From Synechococcus sp. A15-24 (GTDB lineage Bacteria; Cyanobacteriota; Cyanobacteriia; PCC-6307; Cyanobiaceae), in contig NZ_CP047960.1 in assembly GCF_014280195.1 (NCBI RefSeq), positions 1,440,001 through 1,472,000 of the forward strand: DNA of 32,000 nucleotides. Reading direction: 5' to 3'. Positions within the stretch are counted from its first letter, which is position 1. Each line of letters starts with the position of its first letter. Below, in pieces: positions 9,304 to 18,815 of this stretch. The position numbers and the translations under genes were made by a program. Under the pieces are notes generated by a model that had not been told where the DNA came from, did not search any database, and was given only the letters and a program-made list of their open reading frames with translations.

Positions 9304-10625
9304 AGAACCGCGGCATAGAAACCATCACCACCGCTTTCAGCATCGGGCCAGCGCTGGGTTTCATCGAGCAAGTTGAGCTCAGGGTGATGCTTCAGTAGCC
9401 ACCGGACCTGAGACGTGTTCTCCGCTGGGTGGATCGTGCAGGTGGCATATACAAGGGTTCCGGTCTCGGCCAGCAACGGCAGTAGCCCCTCCAACAGCGC
9501 CCTCTGGAGGGGCAAGAGACCTTCTATCGCAGAGGGGGTCATCCGCCAACGCGCATCAGGATGCCGGGCCAAAGTGCCAAGCCCAGAACAGGGGGCATCG
9601 ATCAGGATCCGCTGGAAACGGCCGCGCCACTCGGGACGATCCTTCAAGAGCTGCTCGGCATCCGCTGCCAGGGCCTGAATCGAACCATGGCCAAGCCGGG
9701 CAGCATTGGCCGCCACCCGTTTCAAGCGACCGGCCGAACGGTCCACAGCCCAGATCTCAGCCTGATCCATTACCAGCTCTGCCAGATGGGTTGTCTTCCC
9801 CCCCGGGGCAGCACAGGCATCCAGGATGCGATCACCGGGCAGTGCAGCCAGCAGCGGTGCCACCCACTGCGCTGCCCGATCCTGAACACACCAATGGCCG
9901 TCGTCGTAGCCGGGCCAGCTGCGCAGGTCACCCTTGTGACCCTCCACCTGCAAGCCCTGGGGACAACCATCGATGGGATGACTGCTGATCCCGGCACTTT
10001 CCATGGCAGCCATCACCTCCTCCCTCGATGCCCGCAAGGGATTTACCCTCAGATCAAGGGAGGGCACCTGATTGCAGGCGGCCGCCACGGCGGCGGCACC
10101 CTCTGCCCCTCGCCACTGCAGCAGCAGCGGCGGTAACCAGTCCGGCAATGAATGCTCAAGGGCGAGAGCGGCAGCCCAGTCGGTGGGTATGTCCAACAAC
10201 TGGCCAGACTCCTGAGCCCGCAGAGCGGAGCGCAGCATGCCGTTGACCACAGGAGCCAGACGGGCCAGACCAACAGCCTTCGCCAGATCCACGGTGGTGT
10301 TCACCGCAGCGGAGGCGGGAATGCGCTCCATCCAGAGCAGCTGATAGAGCCCCACGTGCAGCAGCCAGCGCAGCTTGGGCGGTTGTTTCGACGCCGGAAT
10401 CTTGCCCAGCCGGTCCAGCCAGGCATCCAGGGGGCGACGCCGGCGGATCGCTCCATAGGCCAGTTCCGTGGCCAGGCCCCGATCGGCTCCAAACAGGGGA
10501 CGCTCCCGCAAGGCCCGTTCCAGAGCAACATCGGCATAGGCACCTGCTGCCACCGCCTGCAGCACCTCCCAGGCGAGCCTGCGTGGAGCCAGTCCTTTGG
10601 TTTGCGGCTGCGTCAATCCAGTCAA
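9291..10625 (-). CDS. rsmB: 16S rRNA (cytosine967-C5)-methyltransferase
   Basis: NusB-like N-terminus followed by DACAAPGGKT, IDAPCSGLGT and LVYATCT motifs. Length is 444 aa. Confidence 0.9.
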   Translation of the reverse strand: MTGLTQPQTKGLAPRRLAWEVLQAVAAGAYADVALERALRERPLFGADRGLATELAYGAIRRRRPLDAWLDRLGKIPASKQPPKLRWLLHVGLYQLLWMERIPASAAVNTTVDLAKAVGLARLAPVVNGMLRSALRAQESGQLLDIPTDWAAALALEHSLPDWLPPLLLQWRGAEGAAAVAAACNQVPSLDLRVNPLRASREEVMAAMESAGISSHPIDGCPQGLQVEGHKGDLRSWPGYDDGHWCVQDRAAQWVAPLLAALPGDRILDACAAPGGKTTHLAELVMDQAEIWAVDRSAGRLKRVAANAARLGHGSIQALAADAEQLLKDRPEWRGRFQRILIDAPCSGLGTLARHPDARWRMTPSAIEGLLPLQRALLEGLLPLLAETGTLVYATCTIHPAENTSQVRWLLKHHPELNLLDETQRWPDAESGGDGFYAAVLQRR

Positions 10626-10628
10626 CCC

Positions 10629-10961
10629 TCAGGATCCAGACATAGCGTCCGGCCGCCACAGCCGTTCCTTCAACGGCAAACGACCCTCCTCATCCACAGG
10701 AACCCCTTCCGCCAGCAGCATCTCCCGCTGGATCCAGTCGCTGCCCTCGCGGCTGAGGCTCATCGATATACGCCCCTGGGCATTCACCACCCGATGCCAG
10801 GGCACGTTTGAGGGCAACGACAGACGACGCAAAGCCCACCCCACCTGCCGGGCACAGCCATAGGCACCGATCAGATCCGCGATCTGCCCGTAGGTGGCGA
10901 GCTGTCCAGATGGGATGCGCGACACCATCAGCCACACGCGCTGATCAAAAGAGCGCTCCAC
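10629..10961 (-). CDS. alkyltransferase-like (ATL) protein: an MGMT DNA-binding domain with Trp in place of the acceptor Cys
   Basis: RIPSGQLATYGQIA...NVPWHRVVN. The canonical PCHRV active site reads PWHRV here. Length is 110 aa. Confidence 0.8.
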   Translation of the reverse strand: MERSFDQRVWLMVSRIPSGQLATYGQIADLIGAYGCARQVGWALRRLSLPSNVPWHRVVNAQGRISMSLSREGSDWIQREMLLAEGVPVDEEGRLPLKERLWRPDAMSGS

Positions 10962-11017
10962 CGAACCAAGCAGCCGCAGCGTTCTTCGCCAAAGTAAGCC
11001 GAAACGTACGAACGTTA

Positions 11018-11887
11018 ATGTCTCAAAATTCCGTGACTGAGCTCACCACGACGGTGTTGCGCAAGTCGAAAGGCCGCAAGCTTCAAGACGGCGATCGACT
11101 CCTGGTGCATTACCAGGGCGAGCTGCTGAACGGTGAGCAATTTGATGCGAGTTTCGACTTCAGCAGTTTTGAACCCGAAGAAGGCCGCACCCCCTTCGAC
11201 TTCGTTCTCGGAGCGGGGCAAGTGATCCAGGGCTGGGATCAGGGGCTGAACGGTCAGAAGCTCGGTGAGGTTGTGGAGCTCAAGATCCCCTCGGAGCTTG
11301 CCTATGGGGAGCAAGCCATTGGCGACACCATCCCCTCGAACAGCCCTTTGATTTTCACCGTTGAGGTGCTGGCGGTGCTTCCCGGTGGCGAAGCCGTTCC
11401 GATCTATCTCGATTTCAAGGACATCGGGATCAAAACCAAGAAGCTCGGTCTGACGGACGAGCTCCTGGCAACAGTCCAGTTCACCCAGACAGGCTTGGAC
11501 CTCAATGATGAACTGAACGGACGAGATCAAGCTGATCTGCTCATCGGACTTAAAGGCAAGGACACCCTTCACGGCGGCCTGGGCGCCGATGTGCTGATCG
11601 GCGGCAAAGGCAAGGACCGTTTCCTTTACACCGCCCTGGAGGACTCGTTGGTGAATGAGGAAGGGCGCGATCACATCCTTGATTTCGGCAAGAAGGACAA
11701 GATCAATTTGCAAGCCCTTGCTGATGAGCTGCAGTTCATCAAAAAGGGCAAGTTCTCAGGAACGGCCGGCGAAGTACGGTTTGCCAAGGAAACCCTTTCC
11801 CTTGACATCGATGGCGACCAGTCGGCAGAGTTTGTCGTTGCATTGCCTGGGGTTGAGAAGCTGAAGGGATCCCATTTGCTCCTCTGA
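11018..11887 (+). CDS. FKBP-type peptidyl-prolyl isomerase fused to an RTX (hemolysin-type Ca-binding) repeat C-terminal region
   Basis: The FKBP core is LLVHYQGELLNGEQFDASFD...FVLGAGQVIQGWDQGL...IPSELAYGE...LIFTVEVL. It is followed by LIGLKGKDTLHGGLGADVLIGGKGKDRFLY nonapeptide repeats. The start is set at the ATG at 11018 (MSQNS...), because the upstream extension to 10808 overlaps the ATL gene and is junk-like. Confidence 0.8.
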   Translation: MSQNSVTELTTTVLRKSKGRKLQDGDRLLVHYQGELLNGEQFDASFDFSSFEPEEGRTPFDFVLGAGQVIQGWDQGLNGQKLGEVVELKIPSELAYGEQAIGDTIPSNSPLIFTVEVLAVLPGGEAVPIYLDFKDIGIKTKKLGLTDELLATVQFTQTGLDLNDELNGRDQADLLIGLKGKDTLHGGLGADVLIGGKGKDRFLYTALEDSLVNEEGRDHILDFGKKDKINLQALADELQFIKKGKFSGTAGEVRFAKETLSLDIDGDQSAEFVVALPGVEKLKGSHLLL

Positions 11888-11902
11888 CGACTCAACTCAG
11901 AT

Positions 11903-12592
11903 ATGCCCCTTCTGCCCAGACGGTTTGAACGGCTGAAATCCGTTTTGAACCATCGCATGGCAGATCTGACGGTGCTGCTCGAGCATGTGGAGAAGCCCCA
12001 CAACCTCTCCGCCATCCTGCGCAGTTGCGATGCGGTTGGTGCTCTTGAAGCTCACATCGTCAGCCTGCAGGGACGACCGCGCACCTTCAACAGCACCGCC
12101 CAGGGCAGTCAGAAATGGGTGCCCCTTAACGACCATCCAGACATCGAGACCGCAATCAGCAAACTCAAAAAAGAGGGATTTCGGATCTACGGCACCCACT
12201 TGGGGGTTGAAGCGAAGGACTACCGGGATTGTGACTTCACCGCTCCCACTGCCTTCGTACTGGGGGCGGAGAAATGGGGCCTGACCGATCGAGCCCGGGA
12301 TCTGATGGATGAGGCACTGTTCATCCCGATGCGGGGCATGGTGCAGTCCCTTAATGTTTCGGTCGCCACGGCCACCCTGCTGTTCGAAGCACTGCGACAG
12401 CGCCAGGCGGCCGGAACAGCGCCAACCCAGGGGGAGGGGTTGTCAGCAGATCACTACGCAAGGCTTCTGTTCGAGTGGGCCTATCCGCAAGTGGCCGCCT
12501 GGTGCCGAGAGCAGGGTCGTCCTTACCTGGAACTCAATGAAAAGGGAGAACTGCTGGAAGAGCTGCCCCGAACCGTGAAGTTGCGCTGCTGA
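11903..12592 (+). CDS. trmH: tRNA (guanosine-2'-O)-methyltransferase, SpoU/TrmH family
   Basis: RFERLKSVLNHRMADLTVLLEHVEKPHNLSAILRSCDAVG, then LGAEKWGL and SLNVSVA, the SPOUT motifs. Confidence 0.85.
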   Translation: MPLLPRRFERLKSVLNHRMADLTVLLEHVEKPHNLSAILRSCDAVGALEAHIVSLQGRPRTFNSTAQGSQKWVPLNDHPDIETAISKLKKEGFRIYGTHLGVEAKDYRDCDFTAPTAFVLGAEKWGLTDRARDLMDEALFIPMRGMVQSLNVSVATATLLFEALRQRQAAGTAPTQGEGLSADHYARLLFEWAYPQVAAWCREQGRPYLELNEKGELLEELPRTVKLRC

Positions 12593-12607
12593 TATCCGCC
12601 CGCCCCC

Positions 12608-12832
12608 TTGCCGATGGAGGCGCTGCTGAGCCATAACCGAATCAGCGAATTGTCAGGAATGGACGACAAAGCAATGCACGACTACGCCGTGACCTACCAC
12701 TGCGGCGAGGAATGGGGCGAGGAGATGCTGCAGTCCGTCGATCTCGGCCAGGCAGTGGAGGCAGCCCATGCCCTGTTCCCCAGCTCCTGCAGGATTTCCA
12801 TCCGTGAGGTGAAGCCCCCCTCCTGCCGCTGA
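12608..12832 (+). CDS. small hypothetical protein (start uncertain)
   Basis: A 74-aa ORF in an otherwise unoccupied gap. No motif recognised. Confidence 0.3.
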   Translation: MPMEALLSHNRISELSGMDDKAMHDYAVTYHCGEEWGEEMLQSVDLGQAVEAAHALFPSSCRISIREVKPPSCR

Positions 12833-12851
12833 ATCATCAGTCACTGAACCA

Positions 12852-13067
12852 TCAGTGGCTTGATCGCGACGCCAAGGGCAAGCGCAGGGCCGCAACCAGA
12901 GCCACGCTTTCCAGCAGCAGGTTCTGGCTGACCAACACCACCACAACGATCAGCAGTGCTGCCAGGAACCGCTCCAGCAGTCCGATCACATCGTCAGGAT
13001 TGTTGCGGCCTGACATCCACAGCATCACGGAGATCGCCAGGAACAACAGGCTGATCCACCAGGGCAT
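12852..13067 (-). CDS. small two-TM membrane protein (71 aa)
   Basis: Only the last 71 codons of the 180-aa tracked ORF lie outside the permease gene. From the ATG at 13067 the sequence reads MPWWISLLFLAISVMLW...ALLIVVVVLVSQNLLL, which gives two hydrophobic helices. Confidence 0.4.
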   Translation of the reverse strand: MPWWISLLFLAISVMLWMSGRNNPDDVIGLLERFLAALLIVVVVLVSQNLLLESVALVAALRLPLASRSSH

Positions 13068-13087
13068 GGCGTGAAAAATCGCTGCCG

Positions 13088-13996
13088 TCAGTTTGACGTC
13101 GGTCGGTTCTCCGCGCCGCTCACCCATGCCTCGATGCCTTCGCCCAGGAAGGACAATCCCAGCACCAGGATGAACATGGCCAACCCTGGGAACAGAGCGG
13201 TCCACCACACCCCGGTGGGCACGGCTGCCAGCGCCAGATTGAGGTCTCCACCCCATTCGGGCACGGTTTCCGGAAGCCCAAGGCCCAGAAAGCCCAGGCC
13301 CCCCAACACCAGCACAGCATCGGCTGCGTTGAGGGTGAGCAGCACAGGCACCGAGGTGATCACGTTGCGGAAGAGGTAGCGGCGCAGGATCCACAACGGC
13401 CCTGCCCCGAGGGTGCGGGCGGCTTCCACAAACAGCTCACTCTTCACCTGAGCCGTCTGGTTGCGCACCACCCGGAAGTACTGCGGCACATACACCACAC
13501 AGAGGGCAGCAGCGGCATTGGGGATGCCCTTGCCCAGCAGAAAGGCCAAAACCACAGAGAGCAACAGCACCGGCAGGGTGTAGAGCGTGTCCATCAACAG
13601 CACCAGCACACGGTCCACAGCGCCGCCGATGTAGCCACTCACCATCCCAAGGGGAACACCCACCAGCAGGGCCAGACCCACCGCCAGCAGCACCACCTGC
13701 AGGGCCACGCCACTGCCGGCCATGGTGCGCATGCAGACATCGCGCCCCAGGCGATCCGTGCCGCACCAGTGCTCAAAGTTGGGGGGCACATAGATCGGAT
13801 TGGCAAGGCCAGCATTGGCATCGGGCAACCAACTCAAGGCCACCAGCAACGGTGTGATCAGAGCGATGAGGCCATAAATGCCCACGATCACGAGCCCCCA
13901 ACGGGCCATCCGTGTGGAAAGGCTGAGGCTCAAAACCAGGCTTCCAATCAATGGGTGCATCATCCCTCCAGGAACGGGGGAATGGGGGATGGACAA
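13088..13996 (-). CDS. ABC transporter permease, DppC/OppC (peptide/nickel) family; start may be a downstream Met
   Basis: Multi-TM protein with the EAA-type loop FVEAARTLGAGPLWILRRYLFRNV and an N-terminal pattern typical of OppC/DppC. Confidence 0.85.
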   Translation of the reverse strand: MSIPHSPVPGGMMHPLIGSLVLSLSLSTRMARWGLVIVGIYGLIALITPLLVALSWLPDANAGLANPIYVPPNFEHWCGTDRLGRDVCMRTMAGSGVALQVVLLAVGLALLVGVPLGMVSGYIGGAVDRVLVLLMDTLYTLPVLLLSVVLAFLLGKGIPNAAAALCVVYVPQYFRVVRNQTAQVKSELFVEAARTLGAGPLWILRRYLFRNVITSVPVLLTLNAADAVLVLGGLGFLGLGLPETVPEWGGDLNLALAAVPTGVWWTALFPGLAMFILVLGLSFLGEGIEAWVSGAENRPTSN

Positions 13997-14427
13997 CTCC
14001 GCGATCCTGGCGACGGCACCTGCTCGGCAGTCTTCAGGGGCAGCTACAACTGGCCACCTATCTCGCGGTCTCTATTGGATTCACAGGAGCTTCGGGGGTA
14101 GGCCTGTGGATCGGACAACGCAACCTGATCCAAAACGATGAGCGGGAGTTGCGTCGGAGCGCCGACTCCATCCAGATGTGTCTGGTGAAAGGGGAAGGCA
14201 ATCCCAAGGTTGTGCAGCAGGAGCTGCTGCTGCACTCGAGCATGCGCACCAGCCTCTGGCTGGAGAAAACGGATGGCGTTCTGGTGCTGCCGGAGAGCGA
14301 TCACCTGGCGATCTCCGATCGGGCCATCCGGGCCTCAATGGAGCTCAACCCTGAACGGGTGGTGGGACTTCAAAAGCTGGTGGACGTCGATGGACAGCAG
14401 CAAGAGAACAGCAATGCGTCACTTTGA
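13951..14427 (+). CDS. hypothetical membrane-anchored protein
   Basis: A 158-aa ORF with one TM-like helix (LATYLAVSIGFTGASGVGLWI), divergent from the permease gene. The next in-frame ATG is far downstream. Confidence 0.4.
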   Translation: MGASSLQERGNGGWTTPRSWRRHLLGSLQGQLQLATYLAVSIGFTGASGVGLWIGQRNLIQNDERELRRSADSIQMCLVKGEGNPKVVQQELLLHSSMRTSLWLEKTDGVLVLPESDHLAISDRAIRASMELNPERVVGLQKLVDVDGQQQENSNASL

Positions 14428-14443
14428 AATTTATTGAAAGTGT

Positions 14444-16264
14444 TCAACTCCCCCCGCCATCATTCAGCTTCAGCACCGCCATGAAGGCCTCCTGTGGCAC
14501 ATCCACCTTGCCCATGGCCTTCATCCGCTTCTTGCCCTTGGCCTGCTTCTTCAACAGTTTCTTCTTCCTGGAGATATCGCCGCCGTAGCACTTGGCGAGC
14601 ACATCTTTGCGGATAGCGCTAATGCTTGTGGAGGCAATAATGCGGCTACCGATCGAGGCCTGGATCGGAATCTTGAACTGCTGGCGAGGAATCAGTTCCT
14701 TGAGTTTCTCCACCAACGCTTTGCCCACGTTGTAAGCCTTGTCTTGGTGAACGATCGTTGTGAGGGCATCGGCCCGCTCGCCGTTGATCAACACATCCAG
14801 GCGCACCAGCTGGTTCTTGCGGTAACCAATCAGGCTGTATTCCATTGAGGCATAGCCCTGGGTGCGCGTCTTCATCTGATCGAAGAAGTCGGTCACCACC
14901 TCCGCCAGAGGTAATTCGTAGATCAACGTGACCCGGTCAGTGGTGATGTATTTCATATCGATGTACTCACCACGCCGTTCCTGGCAGAGGCCCATCAACG
15001 CACCGTTGTATTCATTCGGTGCATAGATCTCCATCTTCACGTAGGGCTCTTCGATCGATTCGCGCTTCTGCGGATCGGGAAGCGTGGCGGGGTTGTCCAC
15101 CATCACTTCGGAGCCATCGATCATGTTCACCTTGTAGATCACCGATGGCGCGGTGACGATCAGATCAAGGTCGTATTCACGCTCAAGCCGCTCCTGCACG
15201 ATCTCCATGTGCAGAAGACCAAGGAAGCCACAACGGAAGCCGAAGCCCATGGCGCTGCTGGTTTCCGGCTCGTACTTCAGCGCCGCATCAGACAGCTGCA
15301 ATTTGTCGAGGGCATCGCGCAGATCCGGATATTGATCGGCCTCAGTGGGGAACAAACCGCAAAACACCATCGGCTTGGCCTCGGTGTATCCGGGCAAGGC
15401 CTCATCCGCCGGCGCATTGACCAAGGTGATGGTGTCGCCAACGCGGGCATCCGCCACGGCCTTGATCGAAGCCGCCAGATAGCCCACCTCACCGGCGTGG
15501 AGCTCATCCACCTTCTTCTGATCCGGCGCCATGATCCCGATTTCATCGAGCTCATAGGTCTTCTTGCTGGCCATCAACAGCACTTTGTCTTTGCAGTTGA
15601 TCCGGCCGCTAATCACCCGGAAATAAACGATCACGCCACGGTAGGGGTCGTAATAGGAATCGAAGATCAGCGCCTTGGTGGGTTCCTCCACCGCATCCTT
15701 CGGTGGGGGCACCCGATCCACCACCGCCTGCAGGATTTCAGGAACACCAAGGCCGGTCTTGGCCGAACAGGGGATGGCGTTGTCGCAATCCAACCCGATG
15801 ATCGCCTCCACCTCCTCCTTGATCCGATCCGGATCCGCCCCAGGCAGATCGATCTTGTTCAGCACCGGAATGATCTCGAGATCGTTGTCCAGCGCCAGAT
15901 ACACATTGGCCAGGGTCTGGGCTTCCACGCCCTGGCTGGCATCCACCACCAGCAGCGCCCCTTCACAGGCCTGCAGGCTGCGGCTCACCTCATAGGAGAA
16001 GTCCACGTGGCCAGGGGTGTCGATCAGGTTGAGGACGTACTCCTCCCCATCGGCCGCGGTGTAGTTCATCCGCGCGGCCTGGAGCTTGATCGTGATCCCC
16101 CGCTCCCGCTCCAGATCCATGTTGTCCAGGAACTGCTCCTGCATGTCCCGGTTGGCCACCGTGCCGGTGTCCTGCAGCAACCGATCAGCCAGGGTCGACT
16201 TGCCGTGGTCGATGTGGGCAATGATGCAGAAGTTGCGGATCCGTGAGACGGGGGCGTCGGTCAT
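14444..16264 (-). CDS. lepA: translation elongation factor 4
   Basis: [30 protein letters not shown] and NKIDL GTPase motifs, with the LepA-specific C-terminus. Length is 606 aa. Confidence 0.97.
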   Translation of the reverse strand: MTDAPVSRIRNFCIIAHIDHGKSTLADRLLQDTGTVANRDMQEQFLDNMDLERERGITIKLQAARMNYTAADGEEYVLNLIDTPGHVDFSYEVSRSLQACEGALLVVDASQGVEAQTLANVYLALDNDLEIIPVLNKIDLPGADPDRIKEEVEAIIGLDCDNAIPCSAKTGLGVPEILQAVVDRVPPPKDAVEEPTKALIFDSYYDPYRGVIVYFRVISGRINCKDKVLLMASKKTYELDEIGIMAPDQKKVDELHAGEVGYLAASIKAVADARVGDTITLVNAPADEALPGYTEAKPMVFCGLFPTEADQYPDLRDALDKLQLSDAALKYEPETSSAMGFGFRCGFLGLLHMEIVQERLEREYDLDLIVTAPSVIYKVNMIDGSEVMVDNPATLPDPQKRESIEEPYVKMEIYAPNEYNGALMGLCQERRGEYIDMKYITTDRVTLIYELPLAEVVTDFFDQMKTRTQGYASMEYSLIGYRKNQLVRLDVLINGERADALTTIVHQDKAYNVGKALVEKLKELIPRQQFKIPIQASIGSRIIASTSISAIRKDVLAKCYGGDISRKKKLLKKQAKGKKRMKAMGKVDVPQEAFMAVLKLNDGGGS

Positions 16265-16347
16265 GCAGCAGCGGAATCCCGTCTCGGGTCCAAGGTTCTT
16301 CGTTGAACCAATCCTAAGGAGGGGTCACCAGTGCCGATGAACCACCG

Positions 16348-16674
16348 ATGTCTCTGAGCAATCCCTGGACCCTGCTGCTGCTGGCGATCAGTGCTGAGGT
16401 GATCGGCACCTCCTGCCTGCGCCTGTCGGAGGGCATGACCAAGCCCGTACCGACCCTGCTGGTTTTTCTGGCCTATGCCATCGCCATGGCTCTGCTCTCC
16501 AAAGTGGTTCTGAGCATTCCCCTGGGCATCACCTATGCCCTGTGGAGCGGTATCGGCACCGTGGTGATCGTGCTGGTGGGCCGCTTCGCCTACGGCCAAC
16601 TGCTCAATCCAACCCAACTGATCGGCATCGGCTTGATCACCGCCGGTGTGGTGCTGGTGAATCTGGCCAAATAG
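16348..16674 (+). CDS. small multidrug resistance (SMR/EmrE-QacE) family transporter
   Basis: 108 aa, four TM helices and a conserved membrane-embedded Glu in helix 1 (LLAISAEVIGTSCL). Confidence 0.85.
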   Translation: MSLSNPWTLLLLAISAEVIGTSCLRLSEGMTKPVPTLLVFLAYAIAMALLSKVVLSIPLGITYALWSGIGTVVIVLVGRFAYGQLLNPTQLIGIGLITAGVVLVNLAK

Positions 16675-16677
16675 GAC

Positions 16678-18186
16678 TCAGCCCTTCAGGTCCAGCAGGG
16701 CATCACTGCGCTGACGCATCGCCAGCAGCAACGCAGGATCCTGAACCGGGTCGCCGTGAATGCTCGGCAACAACGCCTGCAAACGCTCGTTCCAGGAGGC
16801 ACTTTCCAGCTGTTGCTTGAAACAGCGCTGCAGCACCTCCAGCATGATCGTCACCGCTGTGCTGGCTCCGGGCGAGGCCCCCAGCAACGCCGCCAGCGAA
16901 CCATCCTTGGAGGCCACCACCTCCGTGCCCAGCTGCAGCCGTCCCCCCTGTTTGCTGCGCTTGATGATCTGCACCCGCTGGCCCGCCACCGACAGGCTCC
17001 AGTCCTCCGAACGGGCCGTGGGCATGAACTGCTGCAGCGCGTCGTGGCGTTCTTCAGGGCTTTGGCGCAGCTGGTTGATCAGGTACTGCACCAACTCGAT
17101 GTTGGTGGCGCCCACCTGCAGCATCGGCAGCAGATTGGTCGGCCGCACGGAAGCCGGCAGATCGAACAGCGACCCCTGCTTGAGAAATTTGCTGCTGAAT
17201 CCCGCAAAGGGACCAAACAGCAGTGAGCGCTGACCATCGATCCAGCGGGTATCGAGATGAGGCACCGACATCGGTGGCGCCCCCACCGCCGCCTTGCCAT
17301 ACACCTTGGCCCGCTGCTTGGCCGCCAGCTGGGCATCACCGCACACCAACCAGAGACCGCTTACCGGAAAGCCTGCGAAATCATCCGCTTCCGGAATGCC
17401 GGAGCGTTGAAGCAGCGGCAGGGCGCCACCGCCTGCCCCCAGGAACACAAACGGCGCCCGCACCTCCCGTTTGCCGGAGGGACCCTGCAGGATCACCCGC
17501 CAATCGGCCTCCCTCATGTCACCCCGGCGCAGACGCTTGAGATCACGCACCTGGGTGCCGTACTCCACACAGAGCGCACCGCTGCGCTGCAGCGGCTCGA
17601 GATAGGCGCGGGTGAGGGCGCCGAAATCCACATCAGTGCCACGCTCGATCCTAGTGGCCGCCACTGACTGCTTCAGATCCCGCCCTGCCATCACCAACGG
17701 CATCCAGTCGGTGAGTTCCGTGCGCTCCTCGCTCCAACGCATCGCAGCGAAGGCCGGAATCTCACTCAACTGCTCAAAACGCTGCCGCAGAAAGGCGATG
17801 TTCACCGGTGTCCACACCGCACTGATGTGGGCGGCCTGATGCAGGAAAGTGCTGGTGTCGAGCTCGCCGCGTTCCCGCAGGGAGCCCCAGAACTCCAGGC
17901 TGCGCTCGAAACCGGCGTTGATGACCACCGCTTTGGCCGTGGCCACGGTGCCGTCGGCCTGCATCGGGGTGTAATTCAGCTCGCAGTTGGCGGCATGACC
18001 CGTGCCGGCATTGTTGTTGGCCGCACTGCTCTCCCGGGCGGGACCTTCCAGACGCTCCACCAGGAGCAGCCGCAGCCCTGGATCCAGCTCATGCAGCAGT
18101 GCCGCCAGGGTGGCGCTCATGATTCCGGCGCCCACCAGCACGGCATCGAAGCGAGCGTCTGCGCTGAAGGAGCCGTCCTGCTGCAC
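16678..18186 (-). CDS. mqo: malate:quinone oxidoreductase
   Basis: FAD-binding DAVLVGAGIMSATLA..LL and SSAANNNAGTGHAANCELNYTP, which is characteristic of Mqo. Length is 502 aa. Confidence 0.92.
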   Translation of the reverse strand: MQQDGSFSADARFDAVLVGAGIMSATLAALLHELDPGLRLLLVERLEGPARESSAANNNAGTGHAANCELNYTPMQADGTVATAKAVVINAGFERSLEFWGSLRERGELDTSTFLHQAAHISAVWTPVNIAFLRQRFEQLSEIPAFAAMRWSEERTELTDWMPLVMAGRDLKQSVAATRIERGTDVDFGALTRAYLEPLQRSGALCVEYGTQVRDLKRLRRGDMREADWRVILQGPSGKREVRAPFVFLGAGGGALPLLQRSGIPEADDFAGFPVSGLWLVCGDAQLAAKQRAKVYGKAAVGAPPMSVPHLDTRWIDGQRSLLFGPFAGFSSKFLKQGSLFDLPASVRPTNLLPMLQVGATNIELVQYLINQLRQSPEERHDALQQFMPTARSEDWSLSVAGQRVQIIKRSKQGGRLQLGTEVVASKDGSLAALLGASPGASTAVTIMLEVLQRCFKQQLESASWNERLQALLPSIHGDPVQDPALLLAMRQRSDALLDLKG

Positions 18187-18265
18187 CGAGAAAGGGTGAT
18201 AACCGCTCTCGTCACCCTATGGGGCCGCTCCGTAGGCTTGGCGAGCTGATCCTTGCCTGAGCCCG

Positions 18266-18511
18266 ATGAGCACCGAAACCATGGCCCTGACGTTGGAGAA
18301 CGTGGAAAAGGTGCTCGATGAGCTGCGGCCCTTCCTGATGGCCGACGGCGGCAACGTTGAAGTAGTGGAACTGGATGGGCCGATCGTGAAGGTACGGCTG
18401 CAGGGCGCCTGCGGCAGCTGCCCCAGCAGCACTATGACCCTCAAGATGGGCATCGAGCGCAAGATGCGTGAGTCCATCCCCGAGGTGAGCGAAGTGGTAC
18501 AGGTGCTCTGA
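18266..18511 (+). CDS. nfuA: NifU-like C-terminal domain Fe-S cluster scaffold/carrier protein
   Basis: [44 protein letters not shown] CxxC motif. Length is 81 aa. Confidence 0.88.
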   Translation: MSTETMALTLENVEKVLDELRPFLMADGGNVEVVELDGPIVKVRLQGACGSCPSSTMTLKMGIERKMRESIPEVSEVVQVL

Positions 18512-18524
18512 ACCAGGGCTGTTC

Positions 18525-18815
18525 GTGGATCGCCTGTTCGTTTACGGCAGCCTCAAAGCCGGCGGCAGCGCTCATCAACTGGTACTCGGGGCCCTTGCCG
18601 AGGCGGGAGGGGCCTTGGATCAGGTCGACCTGATCGAATTTGACGGATATCCGATGTTGCGGGCCGGCTCTACTCAGGTGGAGGGTGAGGTTTATCGGAT
18701 CCCTGACTCCTTTTGGCTGGCACTGGATGCCTGGGAGGAGGTGCCCAGGGTCTACCAACGCTGCCGACGGGAGCTCATCGACGGAAGAGAGGTCTGGGTT
18801 TACGAGGCCTCCTGA
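18525..18815 (+). CDS. gamma-glutamylcyclotransferase (AIG2/GGACT-like) family protein
   Basis: N-terminal LFVYGSLK motif and a downstream VEGEVY catalytic-Glu context. GTG start. Confidence 0.7.
   Translation: MDRLFVYGSLKAGGSAHQLVLGALAEAGGALDQVDLIEFDGYPMLRAGSTQVEGEVYRIPDSFWLALDAWEEVPRVYQRCRRELIDGREVWVYEAS

Noticed and set aside
10808-11017. The 70-codon upstream extension of the FKBP-RTX ORF.
   Set aside because: It overlaps the ATL gene on the opposite strand and is rich in Arg, Ala, Pro and His. The FKBP-like sequence begins right after the ATG at 11018.
13068-13394. The upstream 109 codons of the 180-aa minus-strand ORF 12852-13394.
   Set aside because: They lie inside the ABC permease gene in another frame and have junk-like composition. 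Only the terminal 71 codons are kept, as a low-confidence small membrane protein.
15209-16246. A long 345-aa ORF antisense to lepA. Similar cases are 2424-3173 antisense to glyQ, 11015-11713 antisense to the FKBP-RTX gene, 1026-1649 antisense to comEC, 6095-6640 and 6698-7183 antisense to chlG, and 16756-17233 and 17827-18249 antisense to mqo.
   Set aside because: High-GC DNA is poor in stop codons on the antisense strand of real genes. These translations are low-complexity (rich in Arg, Gly, Pro, Gln and His), and each lies entirely within a confidently identified gene on the other strand.
18193-18218. The 7-bp inverted repeat AGGGTGA-N12-TCACCCT in the mqo/nfu divergent intergenic region.
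   Set aside because: It may be an operator, but it is a single short hairpin in GC-rich DNA with no second copy or recognisable motif. That is not enough to call.
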